DNA from: Callorhinchus milii | Lineage: Eukaryota | Direction of reading: 5' to 3' | Assembly: GCF_018977255.1 (NCBI RefSeq) | Contig: NW_024704742.1 | Coordinates: 88,352,001 to 88,416,000, forward strand | Length of the DNA: 64,000 nucleotides | Program-made: the position numbers and the translations under genes | Shown: positions 39,580-50,589 of the stretch, piece after piece | Position numbering within the stretch: position 1 is the stretch's first letter | Layout: each line of letters opens with the position of its first letter | Notes under the pieces: generated by a model | Told to the model about the DNA's origin: nothing | What the model saw: the letters and a program-made list of their open reading frames with translations, nothing else | Database searches by the model: none

Positions 39580-40615
39580 CGTGCACTTGTTCGGCTTCTC
39601 TCCCGAATGCACCCTCATGTGGATCAAAAGTTTATAGCGGGCGTTGAACGGCTTGTATCTGCGCGGGCAGCCGGCCCAGAAGCACGTGAAGTCCTCCCCT
39701 TTGCGCTGGTCTATGTGTGCCTTTTCAATGTGCCTCACCAGCTCCTCCTGCTCATCGTACACGCCACTGCAGTCTATCCACCGGCAGCAGTGCTTCCCAT
39801 TGACATTCGACGGCTCCCCGTCCTCGTCCGGCTGGGCTCCCTGCGGTGAGGGCTGGCCATGCTGGTGCGCGAGGCTCAGGAGGTGCTGGTGCGCATGGTA
39901 AGGCGGAGGAGGGCCTTGGGGCAGAGCAGGCATCTCCATACCTGCGGAGAAATCGTCCACCTGTTCGTTCTTAAACATGTCATACTGCTGGTTATCCAGC
40001 ACGGAGATACTTTGTTGGACGACCATGTTGTTCATCACCATGGGCTGCAGGGGTGATTGCTCCAGGTGCTGCATGCGCTGGTACACACCGTTGCTGGTTT
40101 CGATGTCGGTGAGCGTAAAGAGACTGCGCTGGTTGCCCGCAGCGCTGTATGACTGAGGGATGCAGCTGCCTCTCACTCCGAGGAAATGCCCACACACTTC
40201 AGGCTGAGGGGAGATATTAGCTGGAGACGCCCTGGACCCATTGATGTATGCCACCAGAGAGGTGGGGGAGGTACGAATGATGAGGTCGATACCCACTCCG
40301 TCGGAGAAGGGGGAGGTGGAAAGGCCTCGCTTCCTGGAGCGAGCAGAGTTGGAGCGGGCTGAGTTACGGGAGCTGTTCTCATTCCCAAACAGGTATGAAG
40401 GCAACGAGTTGGAGGTGCTGTTGTTGGACATGGCGGTGCCGGGAGGTATACTCAGCATGTCTCCCAGCTCACTGCTGTTCTGGGAGCCTTGGTTTGATGG
40501 GAGCGATGGAAGGATTGGGTAACCATGAGGCCACTCTTGCTTCACGCTCAAGGTTGACTGACTTTCTATAAGGCTGAGTGTAGCGGAAGCCAGTGATCCA
40601 CCAGAGGTAATGGAT
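39580..40615 (-). CDS. GLIS3: GLIS3 large internal coding exon (human exon 4 equivalent): region II, PPxY motif, C2H2 fingers 1-2 and start of finger 3
   Basis: Translation includes SITSGGSLASATLSLIESQ...KQEW...IIRTSPTSLVAYINGSRASPANISPQPEVCGHFLGVRGSCIPQ...GPPPPYHAH...HCCRWIDC..HIEKAHIDQRKGEDFTCFWAGCPRRYKPFNARYKLLIHMRVHSGEKPNKCT, nearly identical in the finger region to recalled GLIS3. The acceptor is ctctctctccttcactttgttttag| (AG at 40617-40616) and the donor is ACG|GTAAGT (39579-39574). Length 1036 nt, phase 2 in and phase 0 out. Confidence 0.96.
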
Positions 40616-41289
40616 CTAAAACAAAGTGAAGGAGAGAGAGACAATGTAAAAATCGTGGTCGTTGTCACAAACGTCTTTTTACAGGTGGCAAAACATCAGC
40701 TGTCATTGGAAATATCTGTTTCACTGGAAAGTAGTGCTTTGAAGTTAGTTTAATCTAACCTAATTATGCAATTTCCTTTTCAGTGGGAAGGAGCCTAATT
40801 GTTGCAGACTGGAAGTTCAAGTTTCATAAAGCAAAGCTCCATTCCTTTGAAGTGATCAGAAAGGGCTTAGCTGTTGTATTGTGTCCCGTCCTCTGGCTTT
40901 GCACAGGATCAGCCTCAGTTGAAAAACTCTGCACAATTTGAGCGGTCTGAAGGCAGTCCCAACTCTAACCAATCTGAACTTTCAAGCAATTATGCTATTA
41001 GAGGACAGATATAATGGGACTCTCAGAATCACGGGATTTGATGGTTGCAATGCTTTTCCGTTTTACAAGCTGAGAAGGAAGTACATTTAAAAGGAAGCCA
41101 AACACAGCATTCGGCCCAACAAAACATTTATATATAAAAAGTGAAATGCATCAGATGAATATGAAAATAATGCTAAGGGAAAGGCAGGAGGAAATATTGC
41201 CAGAAGGTACATTGAATGGAAAGTGCACTTATATAGCAACAAAAGAACGTCCTGCTCTATTTTGTAAAGAACTGGGGCTTAGCTTTTAC

Positions 41290-41635
41290 AGCAACAACTT
41301 GAATTTATATTGCGCCTCTCTTACACACTGGATCTCAGAGCGTTGAACCATGGTATAGTTTCATACAGAGGTGGGGAGAAAAGGGAGGTGACCATAGGCA
41401 CAGGGGAAAGGGAAACATCTTCAGATGCAATTTGAAGGCAGATAAAGAGGGGGCGAGATGGAGGGATGGAGGCAGGGTGTTCCAGAGGTTTGGGGCACAG
41501 TGTCTGAAGGGATAGGATCGAAGGGGACGAGGAACGTGCAGGAGGCCTAAGCCAGATGAGCGGAGGGGGCAAGTAGAGGAGTAGGGTGTAAGCAGGTTGG
41601 CGAGGTAGGGAGGTGTGAGGGCGTATTCTTGAGAA
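41290..41635 (-). mobile_element. L2 LINE 3' end
   Basis: PPYLANLLTPYSSTCPLRSSGLGLLHVPR...APNLWNTLPPSLHLAPSLSAFKLHLK on the minus strand, with a caacaacttg tail. Confidence 0.85.
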
Positions 41636-41834
41636 CAAAATCCACTGAAAAAAGACACAAACATGCAAACAAATATATGCTGGTCTTGCAATAGAAATAA
41701 CAATAAACATATATTTCAACTTCCATGTATCTTCTGTAGTATCAAATTATATATAATCAATCAATCTAACTTTTAATGTGTTAAAAAGTCTACATTATAA
41801 TAATGAAATCCGCAATAAAAACCAAACAGGCATG

Positions 41835-41995
41835 ATTTAACGTTTTGCATGAAGGATGGCACCCCCGACAATGCAGCACATCGCCAGCACTGCACTGGAG
41901 TGTCATCTTAGACTGCAAGTTCAAAATCCTGACGTGGGGCTTGAACTCACAACCTTTTGACTCAGAGTGCTACCAACTGAGTCAAGCTGACACCT
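41835..41995 (-). mobile_element. SINE family B, 5' part
   Basis: ..ctaccaactgagtcaagctgacac. Confidence 0.78.
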
Positions 41996-42654
41996 TTAAC
42001 TAGTGAGGACATCTCATTGAAAGAATAAGTTGAGAGATCTGACAGGCTGAGGAAATAGAATTAATACAGTAACAAGGTGTAGCTACATGATTGCTGGATT
42101 AGGACTGTATACTTACTGAATTTACTGAGGCTCAGTAACTTGCTGCAATACTGTTACACTAAGCACTTCGAGACGCTGCCCCACATGAAGAGCGCTATAT
42201 AAATGCAAGTTGTTGTTGTTGTTACAAGCACTCAGTGCTTCTCACTGTTTGGAACCTTGTGGATTGACATTCTGGCCTTCAGTGTATTCTCTGATCTCAA
42301 ACGGGACTCTAACCCCTCCTCCATCACCAAAGCTGCCCCCGAGAAGCTTAGCTTCGCCTTTCATAACAAACACTTAATTTTCCCTCAATGGCGCTTAGCT
42401 CTCGAGGAAGCCCAAGTCCGTCTAAGCCTTTGTCACTGCTCCACATCTGGGAAGTATCTCCGAGCACCTCTCACACACCTACAGACACCCTTTCTCTCTT
42501 CATCACAACCATTTTGTTCATCTTTTTTTCTATTCTAATAATGCTGCACCTTGCATTGAGAGCCTGAAAGAAACTGATTAAATGCTGAATGAAAGGTTGC
42601 AAAAAGGATCTGGTGGGTTTGGAGTCAAGGCCATCTTGGGGTTGGAAGACTGAG

Positions 42655-42707
<53 letters not shown>

Positions 42708-43063
42708 CCTTGCATTTGATATAGCGCTTTTCACGCCGGGAGGATGTCCCAAAGCGCTTCACAGAACACACTGCAAAGTGAAATGACTGTATATTTGTGG
42801 GCGAACGCGGCAGCCAATTGCGCACAGCAGTGACCCACAAACAGTCGTAGATTGAAGTGACTGATTTATTATTTTTTTAAGGAATTATTACCCCCGGAAA
42901 GCGATCTGCCAATTGACCAACAACTTGGTTCCTACTTACTGCTAGGAAAACAGAGGCACGTGGAGTAAGGAAACTTGCCCAACATTTTGCCTTGCCAGGA
43001 ATCGAACCCAGGTCCTCTCGCTTGTAAGGCGAGTGCTCTAACCACTAAGCTACAGGGCTCCAC
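42655..43063 (-). mobile_element. SINE family A, young-looking copy with a long (TAA)n tail
   Basis: CpGs largely retained; pure ATA/TAA array at about 42655-42707; intact head. Confidence 0.92.
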
Positions 43064-43279
43064 AAGGAGATGAAAGGAAGCCACAGAGCAAATACAAATG
43101 ATGGAAAAATTGTGACGTTTCATAACTGATTCAATGTGGCAATTGGCATCCCTCCACCCTTGGAACCATGGTTGGGCCTAAGGATTTTCATGTTCCTAAT
43201 CATGGAGAATGACATATTTGTGCAGCTAAAAATCAGTTACTAGTTTAACTCAGCCAGTAACCTTTAGAGCAACACCAAA

Positions 43280-43349
43280 ATGCTATCTGTGGGGTCAGTA
43301 CCCACATGCAGTATGTGGGGTCAGCACTCACGTGCTGTATGTGGGGTCA
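43280..43349 (+). repeat. Short tandem repeat, 26-nt unit, about 2.7 copies
   Basis: tgctatctgtggggtcagtacccaca / tgcagtatgtggggtcagcactcacg / tgctgtatgtggggtca. Confidence 0.8.
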
Positions 43350-43613
43350 TGGCAGCCAATTGCACATAGCAGTGTCCCACAAACAGTCATGGATTGAGTG
43401 ACCAATACAATCCAAAAGTTTTTTTTTAGGGATTATTATCCTCAGAAAGCAATCTGCCAATTGACTAATAACCAGGTTCCTACTTATTGCTAGGTAAACA
43501 GAGATGTATGGAGTACGGAAACTTGCCAAAGGCTTTGCCTTGCCTGGGAATTGAACCCAGGTCCCCTCTCTTGAGAGGCAAGTACGATAACCACTAGACT
43601 ACAGGACTCCACT
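43348..43613 (-). mobile_element. SINE family A lacking its 3' tail
   Basis: Head and core are present; a duplicated actacaggactcca follows the head. Confidence 0.85.
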
Positions 43614-43659
43614 ACACTACAGGACTCCAGGACTCCGTATTGAAACACACACAGATACT

Positions 43660-43885
43660 CCTGGTTTGTGAATAACCGCGAATATAAAGGACTGTAGATG
43701 ATTCTGTAATCCTTTTCATTGGTTATTTACACATGAGTTTCAACAGTGTTAGCCCGCACCGTGGGCTATTAGCCCAAACTGCACTTTAGAGCCAGAATGG
43801 AGCCAGATACCTTGACCCCCGAATGGAGGACTGTCACTTGGCCAAGTTACTGGAGGGTGGTCAGTACCTCCGGAAACCACATGGC
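43660..43885 (+). repeat. Eulor1-like ancient hairpin repeat
   Basis: ataaccgcgaatataaaggactgtagatgattctgtaatccttttcattggttatttacac...tagcccgcaccgtgggctattagcccaaactgcactttagagccagaa resembles my recollection of the Eulor1 consensus. Two hairpins are directly visible. Confidence 0.6.
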
Positions 43886-45104
43886 AGCAATAATGAACGT
43901 CTTCAGGGGAGACAGGCAAAAAATTGGAGGGTGAAAATAATCAAACAAAAGATCAAAAGAAAAGAGCTTTTTGGGGGTTTTATCAGCTAATAGTACTGAT
44001 GCCCAAGAAGTATTCGTTTTATTTAGCAGCCTTCCAAAGGGCCAAACAAATGTGAATGAAAAATGCATGCCCACAACTTTGCTTGTTTACGCAATCTGCG
44101 TGTCGCAACGTTGGACCCAGTATATATACAGTGTATATTTAATGTTAGAAATAAACAAATTGGCTTCCCAGAGGGGAAAAAGGGTCCATTCACAGGCAAG
44201 TTGTTTAAATCTTTATTTACACTAATTGTAACAATATAAATTTACATCTAGACATACCAAAGCACTTAACAGTGCTGGCTGGGCACCAGATCTGGGTGTT
44301 GGAGCTGAGGGGGGATGGGGAGGGGAAAGGTGAAGGAAGGCGCTGTTAAAGAGATGGACCTTAAATGAGGTAAGGGAAGGATCAAGTCATAGAGACTCCA
44401 GGATGGAGTTCAAGAGAGCGGGGCCAGATAGGATAGGCTTGGTTTTGTTTAGCCTCAGTTGGGGCACAATCCTCCCCCACCCCCCCCACCGCCACCAGTG
44501 AATGACTGATCTAAAGCAACAGACATTCCAAGTCCAGATCTGATACAGGCAGAGAATAAAGTAATGTTTACAATTGACGCAGGCGAGAAAAATGTCCACT
44601 GATTGCCCTTGACCATGTTTGTTCATACCCGAAACTCTTTACCTTAGACATATTTGAAATTCCTGCATGCATTAACTAGGTCGGGGGAAAAAAATTATAA
44701 TTAGTGGTGCAAGTGTCAGAGATACAACTAAAACAATCTGCCTCTTTTGTTTGCTTGCCACCATGTGACTTCAAGGTACATAAATTTCAGTTTTTTTTGT
44801 TAGATAACTGCTTGCTTTCATTCTGTCAATGGATAACCTGGTGTTGTGTGTATGTGTGTGTGTTTGGGGGGGTGGGGGGGGAGTGGAGGGGTATGGAGGG
44901 GGTGAAGAGAAATCAACTGAGCTTGAAGACTCTATCCTCAGGGTCACTTTATGACCAAGCACTGAATTTTTTTTAATATACAATAGAGCCTCAGTTTAAA
45001 AGAACAATGGATGCAGTTTAAGACTTGTGTTTGAACCACAATCTTATAGTTTCTGGATCCGATAGGCCCGAAATTCCACTTTGTCTCAGACTGTATCTTA
45101 AAAT

Positions 45105-45342
45105 ACTAATTACCTTTGCATTTCATATAGAGACTTCTCAAAACGCTTCACGGAATATACTGTAAAGTGAATTTGTGTATTTTGTGGGCCAAACGAGGCA
45201 ATCCATTGCACACAACAATTGTGGATTGAGTAACCACATTTTATTTGAGAGATTATTGCCCTTATTTGATTATTTCGCCATGCCTGGCATATTGAATCTC
45301 GGTCCTATTGTTTGCGAGGCGAGACGCTAACTAGTACTCCAC
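45105..45342 (-). mobile_element. SINE family A, degenerate or deleted
   Basis: Tail and head are recognisable; the core is missing. Confidence 0.7.
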
Positions 45343-45544
45343 GAGTCCTAGTCTTGCCTCACTATGTCTTTCACCATCTTCCCCCACCCCCTCCTCTCTT
45401 CCTCGGCATCTAACTCTGCCTATCCGGCGTGAACGGCACTATATAAATGTATATCGTAGCAAGCAAGGCCTTTATTTTAGAATGTAAGATACATGGAATT
45501 GTGAAAAATCCTCAAAACGGGTCTTAATATGGAAGCTGCCCCCA

Positions 45545-45682
45545 CAGGCGCCATCGTCCCCATCACCCCCACTGCCTCCAGCCCCCCACAGCTCCCACCC
45601 CCCACTGCCACCACCCCACCAAACCCCCCACTGCACCCACCCCCGCAACCCCCCCCACCGCATTCAGCCCCCCCACCACCCT
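45545..45682 (-). repeat. C-rich low-complexity tract (G-rich on the GLIS3 transcript strand)
   Basis: More than ten runs of 3-7 C on the plus strand. Confidence 0.85.
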
Positions 45683-46154
45683 TACTGTTCTTAGAAGGAA
45701 CCAAATGAAACCTCAGTTGAAGATTTTTCCAACAATTCTGTGCCAATTTACATTTTAAGACAAAATAGTCTTACATGCTAAGGTTATCTGGAATTTCAGC
45801 TACTCAGGATGCTTGTGCGAGGGTTAAACAAAATAAATAGAAATGACACTACACATTCCGAGCTTTAAACCACTGGCATGTTTGTCCAATGTCCTTGAAT
45901 TCTAAAATGTATCGTGGGAGTGAAATTCAAAGGAGGCATCAGGGAAATAAAATAATTATTAACGGAAGCTGCAAGTAACTCTCAAACCTAAATTTTTATC
46001 ACTTCTTTCAATATAGTAAGAATATTTTAATCAAACAAGATTTAATATGCTGCCAATTTTACACAGTAAAACACAAACTAAATTGTTTTCAATTGAAGAG
46101 TGCTTGCACTAGCATGAGGCATTATTGCATTAGAGATAACCTCCTTCATCTCAG

Positions 46155-46587
46155 CGAGTCAGTCTGGCTCAGTTGATTCGTACTCTCGCCTCTGAGTCAG
46201 AAGATTGTGGTTCAAGCACCATATCGGGACTTTGAACTCATATAATCTAAGATGACACTCCAATGGAGTGCTGGAAGTGTGCTGCATTGTTGGATGTGTC
46301 TTCCTTCGGATAAGATATGAAATCAAGGTACCGCTCTATCTGTTCAGGTGGATGTTAAAGATCCTGCAACGCTATATGAAAAGTGAAGGGAGTCACAGTG
46401 ACATGACCAACAAGCCTCCAAATAAAATTGATTATTCCATTCATGGATGTTTATGTGCAAATGGACTGCCATTTACACCTACAAAATACACAGTCACTCC
46501 ACTTTACAATTTATCCTGGAAAGCACTTTGAGATGTCCTCCTGATGTGAAAGGCACTGGTCAAATGTAAGGATTATTATTATTATTA
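46155..46587 (+). mobile_element. SINE family B, full length
   Basis: gtcagtctggctcagttg...aaatgtaaggattattattattatt. Confidence 0.9.
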
Positions 46588-48643
46588 AGGAAAGTTTCAG
46601 AAATGTCTGAGCAAAATGATGGTGTTCTTAGGGTCTACAATCACAAGTTCATTTGATCTCATGCTTTCAGAGCATCGCATCCTTCCTTTTTTCCATTATA
46701 CCGTCAAGTTGTTTCTTAAATGAGTCCAGCGTCCTGGCCTCAACCACCCTTCCTGGTAACCTGTTCCAGCTCAAGCTGGAGGGATTCTTTTGTTGTTGCA
46801 AAAGGACCATTGCATTACTCCTTTTGGCAAGCTCATAAAGAACTCATGTTGTTTCCTTAAAACATCAACTTTAAATCAAGAGTCACAAGAGAAGTTGTAA
46901 TTTACTCATAAAAAAGCCTAGTTATGGGCATTTTGAGACTCTGAAACAATGCTAAATGCTGGCTTTGGTAAAATTGTAACTTAACTGATTGGCTGGACAC
47001 TGGCATTATGAGGCTATTCCTGTTCTCACAGATATCACCAGAGGAGGCATTGCCAAGGACACTAAATGGCGCCTTCAGTAATGGATGAGTTCATTGTACA
47101 TTATTCTTTAAAATGCCCATTTTCAATAAAAGTTATATAAAAATAACTTTCGAAATCCCAAGAGGTGTATCGTGTTGCAGCAAGTCATGAACCAAATATT
47201 TAAGGCTTTCACTTAATTTCTTGAGCAGCAGGAATACTCCTTGACTCAGCAAGGAAGTGGTTATATGTTTTGCTTTGCTAGATAGAAGTGAAATGTAACT
47301 AAATGAGGAAAGGGTCTGAAATCTCAGCTGCATATTTAAAAGCGGGATTGGACCTGGAGAACAGCTATGTAAAGGGGCAAATGGGATATTGCATTTTATT
47401 GAATAGGGGCATGAATGACATTTTAAATAATTAGGAAGCTTTGTTGAATACGTACAAGACAGTGGCAAGGCCATCACTGGAATAATGAGGTAAAGGAAAC
47501 AAAAGAATCATAGTAGAGCAGCATCCTGCAAACCAGATGTCTAAGGTTACTCAGATGAGGCAATTAATAAAGTATGTATGTGCAAGTGTGCGTGTGCGTG
47601 TGTATGTGTGCCAGTCAATGTCTTCAAGATTGTTAAATTGACCATTGTGTGTTAAGTGACCCATTGCAACATTCCCAATTTTTAGTGCTTTTAGACACCC
47701 CATTATAAAATTTCTTTTGAAAGATTGTAGCATCGATGCATTAGGAAGGTGCTAGGCATGAGTCAATGTTTCATAGGATTACATAGAACCTATAGCATTG
47801 AAACATGCCCAACTGGATGTACTCATGAGGGAGAAGGGATTAGGAGGAGGTAAGTAGTGAGAGGAGACTCATACAAAGTCTAAACACCAGCATAGATTAA
47901 TTGGGCTGAATGCCCTGTTTTCATGTACATGTAAATGAGTCCGTGCCTGTATTCATAATCCAACAGAGACTCCATGCCTTCTAATCCACCCCCCTAACCA
48001 CACCCCCCGACACCATTACCCCTATCTCTTCTCTCTCATGTGTGTCGTTATGAAAAATTTAAGAAAACTGTGCTGTATTCGCTGGAGTACAGGGTTAGTC
48101 AAGAATTAATAGAAATGGTGATAATTCTGAAAGGTTCGAGAGGGTAAATAGCGAACGATTTTCCCATTTTTCTTTCACTCCATGATTTAAAAGATTAAGG
48201 CAAAAGAGAAAAGGAGGAGAGACTAGAGTGAATGCCTTCAGTGGGGAGAAACTATGGAACAAGGACAATGGATGGAAGGGCTTTGTTCTGTCCTGAAATT
48301 GCCATGTTTTTATTTATTTCCTTCCATTTTGGGGAAGTACAGATGTCATTAGATAGATGTCAAATGCTGATGTGTATAAGGGATACAAAGGAAGAGACGG
48401 AAAGTGGGAGCTATAAAAAACAAGGGTGATTTAGAAAAAAATAGACCCAAATGCCCTCTTTTTGTGCTGAACATTTGAGGTTTCCATATTATTAATAATA
48501 ATGATCCTTGCATTTGATACAGTGCCTTATCACATCTTTGAGAGTCTCAAAGCGCTTCACAGAATATACTGAAAAGTGAATTGACTGTATATTTTGTGTC
48601 AAAATTGTTTTAAAGCAGTCAATTGTCTTGACATTTCCTAACT

Positions 48644-48703
48644 ATGCTCTTCTCCCATGTTGCTTCTCCCATGCTGCTCTCCCATGCTGCTTCTGCAATG
48701 TTG
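48644..48703 (+). repeat. Short tandem repeat, 13-14-nt unit, about 4 copies
   Basis: Repeats of atgctgcttctccc with variants. Confidence 0.75.
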
Positions 48704-49922
48704 CTGGCTGAAAGAATTAGGGGCTGTCACCCTTAATTGTCTTGATTTTCACAAGAGCACAAAGTGTATTGGAGGATAAGCAGAGAAGGAAATCAGTCGC
48801 TGTGTAAGCTTATGGTTCAGATGCTTTCCCAGGTTCCACAGTAATTTTCTGAGAAAGGGAGATGATGTAAGGCTCAGTAAAGAGTACACATCATATTCTA
48901 TGAAAAACATGAGATTTATGAATGGCCTTTATTTTCTGTCTATTCCAAAGAATGAGATCAGTGAGAGCAGTTTTACCAGGGGTAAGGATCAAAGTTCAAC
49001 AATCCAGTAGATTTATGTGACTGGCAGATCTTGGAATCACTGGTTAAGTAGCTTGACAGATAGTGCAAGAGCGATAAGACCTGTTAGGTTAAGCAGGTCT
49101 GAGCATCTAATGAGCCAGTCGGGCTAAAGGATCAGATCACTCCCCCGGTGGCGTAGTAGGTTAACGGCATCACCTGGGCACAACTAGGAAGTGCAGCTCA
49201 GGAAAGTTGTGGTTTCTATTCAGTTGGTGCCAACCAGGGCAGTTGTTAGAGAACTATAATTGGGCTTAGGACTCTTAGCATTAGGGAGGAAGGAAATTAG
49301 CCAGTACTCCTGCTACTTCTGTTATCTAGGGACTCATCCTGTGCTGGAAGATGGATAAGTTATTTGGTGTCTCTCTTCTCAGAGGGGAAAAGCTTACAGT
49401 AAATACATCACCTACACTTGAAAACCCATCTTACTACAAAGGAAACGCATTGATCGTGTGAACACGGATAATAATAATCGTTACATTTGATGCTTATATT
49501 GTCTCAAAGTGCTTCACAGGATTTTACTTTGAAGTGTAGTGACTGTGTGTTTGTAGGCAAAGGTGGTAGTCAATTGTGGGAGCTGAAGAGTAAATGAGCG
49601 AACTGCTCTAGTGAGACGGCTTTCTTTTAAGATACTGGAAATAAAGACGTCTTTACAGATCTTTGCAAATTGCATTTTTTCCTCTCAAAGCTTCTTAGAT
49701 TTAACAATTTAAAAGTGGAACATTTAGCTCAAAAATATAAAACATATCCTTCTCATTTATTTTCACTGAATCCCAGCAGTCTCCATTTTCTTTTGAAACA
49801 CTCAGCTCAAATTCTAAGCATAACAAATATGAATCTTGGTAAACAAGGTTAAAGTATCAACCTCTTGAATGAGAAATGATAGCAAAGCCAATGCATTAGG
49901 AGAAACAGGAATATCACCAGAC

Positions 49923-50118
49923 CTTGTATCTGAAGCAGGAATATTCAGATTGGAGTGCATCGGGCGGTGCATGGCCCGATTGAAGTGGTTGCCATGGACT
50001 ATAGCCTGGTTTGACAGCAGCCCTGCTCTCTGGACCACCAGGGGACTGCTTGTAACCACAAGGTTGTTGCTGGTGACTTTCCCAATTGCTTTGCACTGTG
50101 GTCCAAACCCATGGTTCC
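49923..50118 (-). CDS. GLIS3: GLIS3 internal coding exon (human exon 3 equivalent)
   Basis: Reads NHGFGPQCKAIGKVTSNNLVVTSSPLVVQRAGLLSNQAIVHGNHFNRAMHRPMHSNLNIPASDT(R), matching recalled human GFGPQCKSIGKGSCNNLVVTSSPMMVQR...NLNIPPSDTR. The acceptor is tctttactacag| and the donor is AAG|GTCTGG. Length 196 nt. The terminal AG joins the first A of the next exon to make an in-frame Arg codon. Confidence 0.9.
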
Positions 50119-50589
50119 CTGTAGTAAAGACACAGAGACAAAATATTTAAAACTTTCAGTGTAACTCTGCAAAACATTATGTGCAGTGCTGTAGATCAAG
50201 TAAGGTAAAATTTTCAAACGCAAGGATTTTTGTTATTTTTCATTACCGTCTTCTCGCTATAGAATCCAGCTATTTGGTAAATGAATGCAATATTCTCCAG
50301 CACGTTTCCTGGTAACCTACTCCAACTGTTGATTAGCCTTTAGAAATATTTCCTACTGTATGTCATACATTTCACAACCCAGAGCCTGTGACCTCTTATC
50401 CTGCTGCCTTGGCACATCTGAAAGTATTGTTCTGAGTTTATTTTCTGTATTCCCTCTTATATGCCCTCATAGGTTCATCTCTGAGACATTTCATTTCAGG
50501 ACTGAAGAGCCTTATCTTATCATAATTCAACCCTCAAAGACTGGTGATTGCTTTCCTCTGTGTTGAAAATTGTTGTGGTTTGGTCTAAC

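Larger units (their letters stand above)
40616..49922 (-). other. GLIS3: GLIS3 intron between the two visible exons (9.3 kb, GT-AG, phase 2)
   Basis: GT at 49922-49921 and AG at 40617-40616; the reading frame is continuous across the splice (DTR|SI). Confidence 0.88.

Noticed and set aside
39520..40522. Plus-strand ORFs antisense to the GLIS3 exon
   Set aside because: They are shadow ORFs of GC-rich coding sequence.
40616..40668. N-terminal MTTTTIFTLSLSPSLCF and C-terminal VSAQSGAF... extensions of the 407-aa ORF
   Set aside because: They are intronic read-through beyond clear splice sites; the N-terminal part is the polypyrimidine tract.
42471..42840. Poly-Ile and poly-Tyr ORFs
   Set aside because: They are translations of the (TAA)n SINE tail.
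43280..43349. Repeated GTGGGGTC as autoregulatory GLIS sites or a CRISPR-like array
   Set aside because: The G-run is shorter than the GLIS consensus, there are no unique spacers, and it is a simple local tandem duplication at a truncated SINE end.
45472..45746. Gly-rich keratin-like ORFs
   Set aside because: Artefact of the C-rich low-complexity tract.
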